A stretch of 64,000 nt of DNA from Syntrophaceae bacterium (GCA_013388635.1 JACAEX010000020.1:5826-69825), one strand, 5' to 3'. Positions 20,766-30,506 are shown, counted from the first letter of the stretch. Numbers and translations are program-made. The notes: a model not told the origin generated them from the letters alone.

Positions 20766-22145
20766 ATGATTCCCGGACGAGTTCTCATTATCGACGATGA
20801 AGAAAGCTTCAGGCATATGCTGTCTGTCATCTTACAGAAGGAAAATTATGAAGTCGAAATCGCATCGAATGGAGAGGAAGGGTTAAGAAAGCTGACCTCT
20901 TCCCATTTCGACCAGGTCCTTTGTGATATCCGGATGCCCCAGATGGACGGGATGGAATTTTTGGAGGAGGCGAAGAAGGTTGCAGCCGGAGTGACGATCA
21001 TCATGATGTCCGCTTATGGAACGATCGATACCGCGATCGAGGCGATGAAACTTGGCGCGTACGATTATGTTTCAAAACCCTTTAAGCCCGATGAGATCAT
21101 CCTGACCCTGAAAAAGGCAGAGGAGAGGGAGCGGCTGAGGAAGGAAAATGAGCTTTTGAGAAAGGAGATCCAAAAAGAGTATAGTTTTAACAACATCGTG
21201 AGCAAGAATCAGAAGATGTTAGACATCTTTGAGGTGATCAAAAAGGTCGCTCCCTACAAGTCGACCATCCTGATCACCGGAGAGAGTGGAACCGGAAAAG
21301 AGTTGATTGCGAGGGCATTGCATTATCACAGTGATCGGTCGGGCCGTCCATTCATCCCTGTCAACTGTGGCGCCATTCCCGAGAATTTGCTGGAAAGTGA
21401 GCTCTTCGGTCATGCAAAAGGAGCGTTTACAGATGCGGTCCGGATGAAGAAGGGGCTCTTTGAAGAGGCGGATGGCGGAACCCTCTTTTTAGATGAGATC
21501 GGGGAACTCCCTGCTCCGCTTCAGGTGAAACTCCTCAGGGTGCTTCAGGATGGTGAGATCCGGAGGGTAGGGGAGTCGAAGTCGATCCAGATTGACGTGA
21601 GGATCATTGCTGCCACGGTGAAGGATCTTGCGAGAGAGGTGAGGGAAAACCGCTTCAGAGAGGACCTATTCTATCGTTTGAACGTCCTGCCGATCCATCT
21701 TCCACCCCTTCGGGAGAGGAGAGAGGATATCCCCTTACTCGTCAATCATTTTGTTAATAAATATAGCCAGGCGATGAATAAACCCGTAAGGGGGATTAGT
21801 CCAAAGGCGCTTGAGGTACTGGTCAACTACAAATGGTCGGGCAATGTGAGGGAGCTCGAAAATACGATCGAAAGAGCGATCGTCCTCACAGATAAGGAGA
21901 ATATTGAGCTGGAGAACTTACCCATCGAACTCCAGAACTTCCGGGAGGAGACTCCAGCGGCGCCTTTGGCCGAAGAGGAATATTCGATCAAGAAGGCGTC
22001 AAAGGTTTTAGAGATCGGTTTGATTAAGAAGGCACTGAAAAAGACCAAGGGCAACCATACCCATGCTGCAAGATTACTCGAGATAAGTCATCGGGCGCTC
22101 CTTTACAAGATCAGGGAATACGGGATTGTAGAAAACGAGAGATGA
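20766..22145 (+). CDS. Sigma-54-dependent response regulator (REC-AAA+-Fis HTH), PilR/NtrC-like
   Basis: D-containing REC, Walker A GESGTGKEL, GAFTDA loop, C-terminal HTH ...HAARLLEISHRALLYKIREYGI. Confidence 0.85.
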   Translation: MIPGRVLIIDDEESFRHMLSVILQKENYEVEIASNGEEGLRKLTSSHFDQVLCDIRMPQMDGMEFLEEAKKVAAGVTIIMMSAYGTIDTAIEAMKLGAYDYVSKPFKPDEIILTLKKAEERERLRKENELLRKEIQKEYSFNNIVSKNQKMLDIFEVIKKVAPYKSTILITGESGTGKELIARALHYHSDRSGRPFIPVNCGAIPENLLESELFGHAKGAFTDAVRMKKGLFEEADGGTLFLDEIGELPAPLQVKLLRVLQDGEIRRVGESKSIQIDVRIIAATVKDLAREVRENRFREDLFYRLNVLPIHLPPLRERREDIPLLVNHFVNKYSQAMNKPVRGISPKALEVLVNYKWSGNVRELENTIERAIVLTDKENIELENLPIELQNFREETPAAPLAEEEYSIKKASKVLEIGLIKKALKKTKGNHTHAARLLEISHRALLYKIREYGIVENER

Positions 22146-22386
22146 AAATTGGAATACTGGAAGAAAACGAATGATGGGACGCCGTCTTTGATCCACGCAA
22201 TTTTTTACCTTGTTTATAAAATTTTTTCATATTTTTTGGATGGCGCACCCACAGGGTTTCACCTTATGGCCAATAAGAGTCGGTTCGGTTCAGCGATCCT
22301 ATTCTGGCTTCTAACCTGCCAAAACGATTAGACTTTTAATTACTTCGCCCCTTCCCACTCCCCATAGCTCAGATGCAAAAGGTTAT

Positions 22387-22402
22387 TGGTATGCGATTTG
22401 CA
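22387..22402 (+). promoter_or_regulatory. Sigma-54 promoter (TGGTAT-N5-TTGCA) driving the PilV-PilW-PilX-PilY1 cassette
   Basis: Correct -24 GG / -12 GC spacing, 38 nt upstream of pilin TTG start. Confidence 0.55.
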
Positions 22403-22439
22403 GAACCATCTGCAAAACCCTTATTCATGGAGGTCAGGC

Positions 22440-22805
22440 TTGAAACTCCTGCCTAAAAAAGATGGTTTCACATTGGTCGAGATCTTAATTGCCTTGGTCA
22501 TCTTATCGATTTCTTTATTGGCCCTGGCTGCATTAATGGCAACCACGACACAGAATACCTCTTTTGGCGGCCATCTGACCGAGGCTGCCACTTTTGCCCA
22601 GGATAGGCTCGAAGAGCTGAGGGTAACCCCATGGGCCAGTATTGCGGCAGGATCTGATGTAAGGACAAGCACGGGGACAGGGATGTCTTATAACCGTACC
22701 TGGACAGTGGCCGAGACTGGAAGCTTAAAGACGGTGACAATCACAGTCACCTGGAATGACCCGTTACCGCATTTGTTCAGCCTGACATCATCGTTTGCTC
22801 AATAA
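22440..22805 (+). CDS. pilV: Type IV minor pilin, PilV-like (cassette 1)
   Basis: Prepilin leader MKLLPKKDG / FTLVEILIALVILSISLLALAAL with TTG start 22440 and GGAGG 10 nt upstream; sigma-54 promoter just upstream. Confidence 0.65.
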   Translation: MKLLPKKDGFTLVEILIALVILSISLLALAALMATTTQNTSFGGHLTEAATFAQDRLEELRVTPWASIAAGSDVRTSTGTGMSYNRTWTVAETGSLKTVTITVTWNDPLPHLFSLTSSFAQ

Positions 22806-22816
22806 AAGGAGAGAGG

Positions 22817-23479
22817 ATGAAGAGACCATCGACATTTGGAGAAAAAGGCATCACCCTGATCGAATTGCTTGTGGCACTGATTATCTTCGGATTTGCGATT
22901 GGAGCGATCTACCGCCTTTTCATCGTCCAGACGAGGGCTTATACGGTTCACGAGGAGGTTGTTGACGTTCAACAGAATGTGAGAAGTGCCATGGAAGTGA
23001 TGCTGAGAGACCTTCGAATGACAGGTTATGATGATGATGCCACCACCTCAGTGGTAACGATTCCAACTCCCATTGCTACTCCTGTCCAGGCAAGCGATAT
23101 TACGGTGAGCTACGAATATCAGAATCAGAGGTACACGGTTCGTTACTGGAGAGATGCCCCAACCTTAGAACTACGCCGGCAACTCACAAGGGATGCTACA
23201 GTTGATCCAGCAGAAACCCTTCTGAATAATGTTGATACCCTAACCTTTACTTACGGCCTCGACGCCAATGGAGATGGAAACATGGACGACCAGAACGGGG
23301 ATGGCGTCATTGACAATAACGACTGGGTGACCGCAGCCGGGGTGGGGACATCAAAGGTGATTGCGGTACGGGTCACCCTGGCTGCCAGACCTGCAACGGA
23401 CAACCCAGATGTTCAAACAAGGGTCTCTCCAAGAAGTTTAACCTCTGCTGTGACTTTAAGAAATCTTGTCATGAAATGA
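22817..23479 (+). CDS. pilW: Type IV minor pilin, PilW-like (cassette 1)
   Basis: Class III leader ...GEKG / ITLIELLVALIIFGFAIGAIYRLF. Confidence 0.6.
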   Translation: MKRPSTFGEKGITLIELLVALIIFGFAIGAIYRLFIVQTRAYTVHEEVVDVQQNVRSAMEVMLRDLRMTGYDDDATTSVVTIPTPIATPVQASDITVSYEYQNQRYTVRYWRDAPTLELRRQLTRDATVDPAETLLNNVDTLTFTYGLDANGDGNMDDQNGDGVIDNNDWVTAAGVGTSKVIAVRVTLAARPATDNPDVQTRVSPRSLTSAVTLRNLVMK

Positions 23480-23495
23480 GTAAGGAGAATTCTTT

Positions 23496-23978
23496 ATGAT
23501 TAAGGGAAGAAACTCAGCTCTCAGAAATCAATCCGGCGCAGCCCTGGTGATCGCCATGACGATGATGATTGTCCTGACGCTTATTGCGATTGGCTCGATC
23601 TTCACATCGACATTTGAGATCAGGATCTCAGGGAACAAGAGATGCTCAACCGACTCCTTCTATGCAGCAGACAGCGGGGTTCAGGTAGTCCTGGCGAGGA
23701 CTCAAAATTTCGATATGAATCTATATACTGCGACCGGTCAGTACGATCCTTCTACCGACGCAAACAATCCCATTCCTGCCAATACCACGGTCCTGATTAC
23801 GAACGACACCACCCAAGAGGGTGCACCCAGGGGCTATGGGTTCAGTGCGATGAGTTTTGAATTCGAACACTTTCTGGTCACATCTACCGGAGAGAGCTGT
23901 CCGAACCCCAATCCTGCCAGAACCATAGTCCAGGAAAAAGTGGTGAGACTGATTCCCACCATGCAAGGAGGTTATTAA
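23496..23978 (+). CDS. pilX: PilX-like minor pilin (PilX N-terminal domain)
   Basis: GAALVIAMTMMIVLTLIAIGSIFTS pattern of PilX_N. Confidence 0.65.
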   Translation: MIKGRNSALRNQSGAALVIAMTMMIVLTLIAIGSIFTSTFEIRISGNKRCSTDSFYAADSGVQVVLARTQNFDMNLYTATGQYDPSTDANNPIPANTTVLITNDTTQEGAPRGYGFSAMSFEFEHFLVTSTGESCPNPNPARTIVQEKVVRLIPTMQGGY

Positions 23979-23981
23979 GAG

Positions 23982-26900
23982 ATGAAAGTCTTAAGATATT
24001 TGAGCGTTATAGTGGGTTTGATACTTTTCATCTGTGGGAATTTATCCGCCTATGACACAGATCTCTACATGGCAAGCGGAGCAGGGGTTGAACCCAATAT
24101 CCTGATCATCTTTGACAACTCAGGAAGTATGGGTGAACAGATCCCCGTAGTTTATTATAACTACGAGACCGAGTATCCTCCGGCTGTAGTGCCTCTTGCT
24201 GATAAAGGCAAGGTCTACTATCAAAGCTGGTGGGGAAATTGGTCGGTCTTTAAGAATTCGATCGAAGAGGTTCCATGCCCGGATGCACAGACCGCGCTGA
24301 CCTACAATGGCCATTACGAAGGTTATACAAACTCGACTTGTAATAAGAATAGTTACAATCTACGAACGGGAAATTACAGGAACTTTCTTGCCACCGAAGG
24401 AAGCGAAACCGATACCAAATTAAACATTGCAAAGAATGTGATAAAGGATTTCTTGGATACGATCAATGGCGTAAAGGTCGGGGTGATGATCTTTAACGGG
24501 AGCGAAGGAGGACGTCTCCAGGACGAGACAAAGACCCAGATTCGAAGCCTGACTTCTACTGTGCGAAGCGAATTGAAGACCGCTATCGAAAATATTCAAG
24601 CGGACACCTACACCCCTCTCGCTGAGACGCTTTATGAGGCAGGGATCTACTTCAGGGGTGGAAGAAGCTACTTCAACTCCGGTGTCAACTATATCAGCCC
24701 GATCGAGTTTCATTGCCAGAGAAATTATGTGATCCTTATGACAGATGGGGAACCGACAAAGGACCGTAATTCAGTCCTAAAAAACGGAGCCACAGTGGAT
24801 GGCGTTACCTATCCGGCGATTGGAGATCAGGATGGTGACAAGAGAGAGCCCGGCCTGGCCAATGAGGTTTACTACGAATACGATGGCTCCGACTATTTGG
24901 ACGATGTTGCCAAGTACTTATACAATACTGATCTTCGTTCTGACCTAACAGGTCAGCAGAATATCATTACCTATACGATCGGCTTTGCGGTCAGCTCCCC
25001 CCTGCTTGAGAGGACAGCGACCCATGGCCACGGAAAGTACTATTATGCGGCGAGTGCTTCGCAGTTGGCAAATGCCTTTCAGAATGTTATAGGCGAGATA
25101 CTTGCGAAGTCTACTTCCTTTGTGGCGCCAATCGTTCCGGTCAGCCGTCTGGAGAGGACGACTGCAGGAGACAAGATATACTTAGCCTTTTTTAAGCCGA
25201 AAGCAAATCAGATGTGGAGTGGAAATATAAAGAAGTATGGTGTTGCTCAGGCTGATAACCCTTCTTTAAATATTTCCAAAGGCGATATCCTCGACGTGAG
25301 TGGCCAAAAGGCTATCGATGATACAGAAGGTTCTCCCACGAAGGGTCAATTCTACGCTACGGCAACATCGTTCTGGACAACCACCAGTCCTATGGACGGA
25401 GGTGAGGTTGAACAGGGAGGAGTGGGGGAGGTTCTGATGAATCGGACCGCCCAAAGAAATCTTTATACATATTTCTATACGAATGTGAATTTGAGTGATG
25501 ATTCGAATAAGTTCATAACGACTAATGCATCGATCACACCATCGAAATTGGGTCTCCTGGAGGACGACACTGATGGAAGGAATAAGCTGATTAACTTTGT
25601 CCATGGCTACGATGCCTATGATGATAATGGCAATGGGAATACCTCAGAGAAGCGGGACTGGATCCTGGGCTCTTTCCTCCATTCAAGACCTATGATTATC
25701 CATTACCCGAACCCGAGCAACCCGAGTTTGACCCGCTCCGTAATCTTTGCGGGTTCAAATGGTGGCATGCTCCATGCCTTTGACGACTCAGATGGAAGGG
25801 AGCTCTGGGGTTTCATCCCTCCGATCCTGTTAGACAAACTTAAGGCATTACATGCTGATGTTATGGCAACATATGTGGATGGCTCACCAAGGGCTTATAT
25901 CACCTACAATACTGATGGTTCTGTTAATCAGGCGATTCTGATATTCGGTCTGAGAAGAGGCGGCAACCGATACTATGCCCTCGACGTGACCTATCCTGAG
26001 AGTCCTAAATTTCTCTGGGAGATCGGGCCCACGGAAACATGGTATCAGACTACAAAGACGATAACATCGGCTTATAATAGGATGGGGCAGACATGGGCAT
26101 CTCCGATCATCGGCAAGATCCCGTGTGAAGAGGGGAGCACCAATTGTGTGAATGTTTCCGCTTCGACCGGTGTCGGAGAGCGATGGGTGGCCTTTATTGG
26201 GGGCGGATATGATACAAACCAGGATACTGATCCGGTCGTAGCCTCTGATACGGTGGGCATGGCGGTCTATGTGGTTGATGTGTTGACAGGTTCTCTGGTG
26301 AAGCGGTTCTCGATTGATGATTCAGGATATTCAGATATGACCTATGCGATTCCCAGCGATATTGCAAAGGTCGACACCGATGGAAATGGAAAGGTCGATC
26401 GTCTATATGTGGGGGATATGGGCGGAAGGATCTGGCGGTTCGATATTTGCGATCCGGATTACCCGGATCATTCGAGTCCAAGTTGGTGCGCTGCGAACCC
26501 AGATGCCTGGACAGGGAAGATCATATTTGAATCGAACCCGGATCCGCGCGGGCCCAACGACCGGAGAAAGATGTTCTATCCTCCTGATGTTACGTTCGAA
26601 AGGGATTCTACCGGACCATATGAGATGCTCTTCTTCGGCACTGGAGACCGTGAGGCTCCAAAGGAGGACGATGTCGCCAACCGTCTCTATGCTATTAAAG
26701 ACAGACACCCTGCATCACCCCTGAAAGAGAGTGATTTGGTTAATGTGACTGACGGTTTGACCCCAGGAACGCCGGTTCCAAACGGATGGTTTATCATTCT
26801 CGAAAATTCGGGAGAAAAATGTCTCGCTGCACCTGTTGTCTTCTATAAAGTAGCCTATTATACAACCTTCACTCCTTCGGGCGAGGCAGTGGAGGGAGAC

Positions 26901-27170
26901 CCCTGCTATGTTGGTGAGGGAAAAGGGAGGCTCTATGCGCTGAAGTACAGTACTGGTGATGCTGTTTTTAACTTTGATGGTTCGCTTGATAATGTCATCT
27001 CAAAGAGTGACAGGTCTATCGAGATGGGTTCGGGCATCCCATCCGGGGTGATCGTAACCTTTGTCGGTGGCACGGCGGTTGCGTATGCAGGTGTGGGCGG
27101 AGGTGTCTGTTCTCCTGAGCTGGCAAGTTCAAAATCCCTGGTTCCAATGACCTGGCGAATCATTTTTTAA
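23982..27170 (+). CDS. pilY1: PilY1-like tip adhesin: signal peptide, vWA domain, C-terminal PilY1 beta-propeller with Ca-binding loop (paralog 1, 1062 aa)
   Basis: MIDAS IIFDNSGSMG; C-terminal DTDGNGKVDRLYVGDMGGRIWRFD. Confidence 0.8.
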   Translation: MKVLRYLSVIVGLILFICGNLSAYDTDLYMASGAGVEPNILIIFDNSGSMGEQIPVVYYNYETEYPPAVVPLADKGKVYYQSWWGNWSVFKNSIEEVPCPDAQTALTYNGHYEGYTNSTCNKNSYNLRTGNYRNFLATEGSETDTKLNIAKNVIKDFLDTINGVKVGVMIFNGSEGGRLQDETKTQIRSLTSTVRSELKTAIENIQADTYTPLAETLYEAGIYFRGGRSYFNSGVNYISPIEFHCQRNYVILMTDGEPTKDRNSVLKNGATVDGVTYPAIGDQDGDKREPGLANEVYYEYDGSDYLDDVAKYLYNTDLRSDLTGQQNIITYTIGFAVSSPLLERTATHGHGKYYYAASASQLANAFQNVIGEILAKSTSFVAPIVPVSRLERTTAGDKIYLAFFKPKANQMWSGNIKKYGVAQADNPSLNISKGDILDVSGQKAIDDTEGSPTKGQFYATATSFWTTTSPMDGGEVEQGGVGEVLMNRTAQRNLYTYFYTNVNLSDDSNKFITTNASITPSKLGLLEDDTDGRNKLINFVHGYDAYDDNGNGNTSEKRDWILGSFLHSRPMIIHYPNPSNPSLTRSVIFAGSNGGMLHAFDDSDGRELWGFIPPILLDKLKALHADVMATYVDGSPRAYITYNTDGSVNQAILIFGLRRGGNRYYALDVTYPESPKFLWEIGPTETWYQTTKTITSAYNRMGQTWASPIIGKIPCEEGSTNCVNVSASTGVGERWVAFIGGGYDTNQDTDPVVASDTVGMAVYVVDVLTGSLVKRFSIDDSGYSDMTYAIPSDIAKVDTDGNGKVDRLYVGDMGGRIWRFDICDPDYPDHSSPSWCAANPDAWTGKIIFESNPDPRGPNDRRKMFYPPDVTFERDSTGPYEMLFFGTGDREAPKEDDVANRLYAIKDRHPASPLKESDLVNVTDGLTPGTPVPNGWFIILENSGEKCLAAPVVFYKVAYYTTFTPSGEAVEGDPCYVGEGKGRLYALKYSTGDAVFNFDGSLDNVISKSDRSIEMGSGIPSGVIVTFVGGTAVAYAGVGGGVCSPELASSKSLVPMTWRIIF

Positions 27171-27230
27171 GTCGTAATGTCAAAAAAGTTATGAAAAACT
27201 CTGTTAAAAGACAAAGAAAAACAAGCATGT

Positions 27231-27359
27231 CCCTCCCCCTTGAGGGGGGAGGAGAGGGTGGGGGTGAAAGAATGAGGGAGCATGACAAAGCAATTAATAA
27301 AAGTCAGCTGATATCGCAGGTTACCCCTCACCCTAGCCCTCTCCCACAAGGGGAGAGGG
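27231..27359 (+). terminator. Two GC-rich stem-loops (27231-27251; 27337-27359) between pilY1-1 and the downstream small gene; candidate terminator/attenuator or GC-rich palindromic repeat
   Basis: cctccccc/ttgag/gggggagg and ccctctccc/acaag/gggagaggg perfect stems; second followed by aataaatttt. Confidence 0.4.
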
Positions 27360-27404
27360 GGAATAAATTTTGACAATACGTTTTAAGTAAGAAGGAGGGA
27401 AGTC

Positions 27405-27773
27405 ATGAGAAAATTTCTCTTTTTGAATATGGTGTTTCCCACGGTTCTTTTGCTGACGGTCTTCTGTCCTTTGGTTTTGGCTGAAGAGGTGAGTGTAGTC
27501 AGGCTCCAGGGTGCTATAATGGAACTCGATTTGAAGAAAAACATCCTCATAGTCAATGAGAGGGTTTTTGTATGCGATCAGAAGACGACATTTCACAACG
27601 AGAAAGGTGTCCCTGTCGGCATTGAAAAACTGAGAGTCAAATCCTGGGTATATATTGAAGGTGAACGCGATGAAGCTCGGAAGAGATTGGTGGCAAAGAA
27701 GATCTATTTGCTCCCCAGGTATATCGGTCGAAAGGAGAGGCGTCTCTATCCATTCATCCCACGAGAAGATTAG
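27405..27773 (+). CDS. Small secreted protein (signal peptide), paralog of 31191-31508; PilY1-associated
   Basis: N-terminal signal MRKFLFLNMVFPTVLLLTVFCPLVLA; alignable to the ORF upstream of pilY1 paralog 2. Confidence 0.4.
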   Translation: MRKFLFLNMVFPTVLLLTVFCPLVLAEEVSVVRLQGAIMELDLKKNILIVNERVFVCDQKTTFHNEKGVPVGIEKLRVKSWVYIEGERDEARKRLVAKKIYLLPRYIGRKERRLYPFIPRED

Positions 27774-27804
27774 ATGGTGCGGTATAAGCCGGGCTCTCAA
27801 AGGG

Positions 27805-28722
27805 GTGATCTTCTGCACTATTCTTGCATCCTCTTTTTTAACTCTCTCCTGTGAGAATCAGAGGGAGGTACCTCAAGTCAAAGAGAAGACCCGAAGCAAT
27901 GTCCCTCCGGTCATCACGTCTGTCGACATTATGCCAAAAAACCCCAGCCGAGAGAGTAACTTGGATCTCATCGTACGAAGTGAGGATCCTGATGGCGACA
28001 TGGTGACCTATCGTTACCAGTGGATTAGAAATGGTGAAGAGATTTCTGGTGAGAATAAGAATCTTTTAAAGAGCGGAAATTTCAATAAAGGAGATGTCAT
28101 CCAGGTGAGGGTGGTCCCTTCAGATGATAAGGCAGAGGGAAGGGCCTTTCTATCCCCTCCGGTAAAGATTCTCAATTCTCCACCGGTTGTCCAGGAGGTC
28201 CGGATTGAGCCGAGGATTGCCTACGCACAGGATCGTCTAAGGGCCGTTGTGAAAGGTCATGATGTGGATGAAGACCCCATTCACTACACCTATCAATGGG
28301 AAAAGAATGGAGTGGTTCTGGCTGAAGAGAGGACAGAGGCGCTTGAGAAGGGCCGATTTAAGAGGGGAGACTCCATTGTCGTCACAGTGACACCCGAGGA
28401 TGGAGAAGGTAGAGGTAATCCGAAAAAGTCAGAAGCCATCACCATATTGAACAGTCCACCGGTCATCCTTTCATCCCCTCCGACCTCGGTCGAGGGGAAC
28501 GAGTATCTCTACCAGGTGAAGGCAGAGGACCCGGATGGAGATCCCACCTCTTTCAGTCTGAGGTCTGGTCCGAAAGGGATGGAGATCGACAAGGAGAAGG
28601 GGCTGGTTCGATGGACGATTCAGTGGAGAGACCGGGGCACTCATCCAGTAGAGATTGAGGTCTCTGATAAGGACGGGGCGAAGTGCTTCCAGCGATATGT
28701 CCTGAATGTTGAAATCCGATGA
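27805..28722 (+). CDS. Lipoprotein with tandem about 90-aa Ig/cadherin-like repeats; start uncertain (frame open from 27655)
   Basis: Lipobox FLTLSC; two clear internal repeats (SPPV...YxYQWxxNG...GDxIxVxVxPxD) plus a divergent third domain. Confidence 0.45.
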   Translation: MIFCTILASSFLTLSCENQREVPQVKEKTRSNVPPVITSVDIMPKNPSRESNLDLIVRSEDPDGDMVTYRYQWIRNGEEISGENKNLLKSGNFNKGDVIQVRVVPSDDKAEGRAFLSPPVKILNSPPVVQEVRIEPRIAYAQDRLRAVVKGHDVDEDPIHYTYQWEKNGVVLAEERTEALEKGRFKRGDSIVVTVTPEDGEGRGNPKKSEAITILNSPPVILSSPPTSVEGNEYLYQVKAEDPDGDPTSFSLRSGPKGMEIDKEKGLVRWTIQWRDRGTHPVEIEVSDKDGAKCFQRYVLNVEIR

Positions 28723-28775
28723 ATAAGGTTTAGTGTCTGTCATCTTAAGTCCGGTGTCGGAATTGAATTTCCATA

Positions 28776-28803
28776 TTGACAAAGATTTTTTAGCCGATAA
28801 AAT
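28776..28803 (+). promoter_or_regulatory. Sigma-70-like promoter TTGACA-N16-TAAAAT upstream of minor pilin cassette 2
   Basis: Consensus -35 and near-consensus -10, about 60 nt upstream of GTG 28867. Confidence 0.45.
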
Positions 28804-28866
28804 AGATTTAACCTCTTTAAGGTCGGTGCGGCCAGTATCCGTTTTTAGCGGACGGAGGTGAGATTC

Positions 28867-29313
28867 GTGAACAAAAAGGGAGTAACATTAATCGAGATGA
28901 TTGTGGTCATGGTGATCATTGGTCTGGGTGCGCTCCTGTTCGTTCCGAATATTTCCGGGTTCTTGCCCAGTTACCGCCTGAGAGGTGCGGCCCGGGACAT
29001 TGTCTCCACCATGAAAAATGCCCAGGTCAGAGCGGTTTCGACAGGTATGACTTACCGGGTCAGGTTTACACAAACCCCTCCAAGCTTCGTCCTTGAATAT
29101 TTTGACACGGGAAGTGGAAACTGGGTGGCTGAGGGGACAAGCCAGAGTCTTCCAACAGGGATTTCAATCGTTTCGATCAATTTTACAGGGGATAATGCAC
29201 AGTTTAACTCCAATATGACTGCTTCTGCTGGAAGTATTAGGTTGCAGAATAATCGTGGGACGCAGAAAGTAGTGAGTGTTGCTTCCTCGACCGGCAGGAT
29301 TCAGCTCCAGTAG
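28867..29313 (+). CDS. fimT: Type IV minor pilin, FimT/GspH-like (cassette 2)
   Basis: Leader MNKKG / VTLIEMIVVMVIIGLGALL from GTG 28867 with GGAGG 8 nt upstream. Confidence 0.6.
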   Translation: MNKKGVTLIEMIVVMVIIGLGALLFVPNISGFLPSYRLRGAARDIVSTMKNAQVRAVSTGMTYRVRFTQTPPSFVLEYFDTGSGNWVAEGTSQSLPTGISIVSINFTGDNAQFNSNMTASAGSIRLQNNRGTQKVVSVASSTGRIQLQ

Positions 29314-29682
29314 ATGATTCAGAGAAAGACAGGCTTTTCTTTGGTTGAGGTCCTGATTGGACTGATCTTCCTTGCCATCGGTCTTCTTGCCCTCGCTGGT
29401 TTGCAGATCACCTCCATCCGCGGTAATTCCTTCAGCCATCATTTGATGCAGGCCACCTACCAGGTTCAGGATCGCGTCGAAAGATTAAAAAATCTACCGC
29501 TTACCTCTCCTGAACTCCAGCCTGGAAGTCACAACCTCGAGCCCTTCACCCTTTCGGGTCTTGTCTTCAAACAGTCCTATACCGTCATTGAAGAAGCTGA
29601 TCTTAAGACGATCCATTACACGGTCGAATGGGACGACGGTGTTGGCCACAGGATCACCTTTTCGACGATCCGGTCGCAGTGA
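29314..29682 (+). CDS. pilV: Type IV minor pilin, PilV-like (cassette 2)
   Basis: MIQRKTG / FSLVEVLIGLIFLAIGLLALAGLQ. Confidence 0.65.
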   Translation: MIQRKTGFSLVEVLIGLIFLAIGLLALAGLQITSIRGNSFSHHLMQATYQVQDRVERLKNLPLTSPELQPGSHNLEPFTLSGLVFKQSYTVIEEADLKTIHYTVEWDDGVGHRITFSTIRSQ

Positions 29683-29687
29683 AAAGT

Positions 29688-30506
29688 ATGCAGATTATTA
29701 AGAAGAAAAACAGAGGGGTCACCCTGATTGAACTGATGATTGCCCTGGTGATGAGCAGCGTCCTCATCGCCGCTCTCTATGAAGTATTCATTCGTCACCA
29801 AAAGACCTATGTCCTTCAGGAACAGATCGTCGACACACAGCAGAGTGTGCGGATCGCCTTGAATCGCATGGTCAGTGAGATCAGAATGGCAGGGTTTGGG
29901 GGAGTGGAAAACGTCCTGAGTTTGGCCGGAGGGGTAAATGGCTTCACCCAGGTGATCACCCCGGGCCCGAAGAGAATCACAATCGTCGGAGGATTCAAGC
30001 AGATCCGGCGAGATAATGGAGAGCCGATTCTGGTCTCTTCGGTTTCAGGAAATCAGATTACGCTCAATTATGCCACAAACGAGTTTGATAGATTGGCACA
30101 CCGATTTATTTCGATCGGTGGCCTTGAAAGCAGTACAGTGCTGAAAAGGGATAGAAGGATTCTTACACTCAGCAACCCTCTCAAGTGGAATCACCCTGCT
30201 GGGACACCAGTATTTAAGATCCAGGCCATCACCTACACCACGGGCCTCAGCGGTCTTAGGATCATCCTTCAAAGGGATGAGAATACGGGAGGTGGCCCTC
30301 AGCCTGTGGCCGAGAATATAGAAGAGATTCAATTCGAATATTTCGATGCCAATGGAAACACGACCGCAGATCCTCCGAAGATTCGGATGGTTCGGGTGAC
30401 AGCTACTGCAAGAACCGATCGGCCTGATCCTTATCTCAAGATCGGGGATGGCTATCGGAGAAGGCAGATCGCGTCTCATATCTACATCAGAAATATGGGA
30501 TTATAG
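29688..30506 (+). CDS. pilW: Type IV minor pilin, PilW-like (cassette 2)
   Basis: MQIIKKKNRG / VTLIELMIALVMSSVLIAALYEVF; ATG 29688. Confidence 0.65.
   Translation: MQIIKKKNRGVTLIELMIALVMSSVLIAALYEVFIRHQKTYVLQEQIVDTQQSVRIALNRMVSEIRMAGFGGVENVLSLAGGVNGFTQVITPGPKRITIVGGFKQIRRDNGEPILVSSVSGNQITLNYATNEFDRLAHRFISIGGLESSTVLKRDRRILTLSNPLKWNHPAGTPVFKIQAITYTTGLSGLRIILQRDENTGGGPQPVAENIEEIQFEYFDANGNTTADPPKIRMVRVTATARTDRPDPYLKIGDGYRRRQIASHIYIRNMGL

Noticed and set aside
22149-22331. 60-aa ORF between the PilR-like gene and the pilin sigma-54 promoter
   Set aside because: The region carries the ATTGGAATAnTGGAA motif and promoter elements; no RBS or coding signature.
27167-27376. Short ORFs 27167-27376 (minus) and 27191-27373 (plus) in the pilY1-1 downstream region
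   Set aside because: They lie entirely within G/C homopolymer-rich hairpin DNA (translated as poly-Gly/Glu/Pro) and are most likely non-coding.
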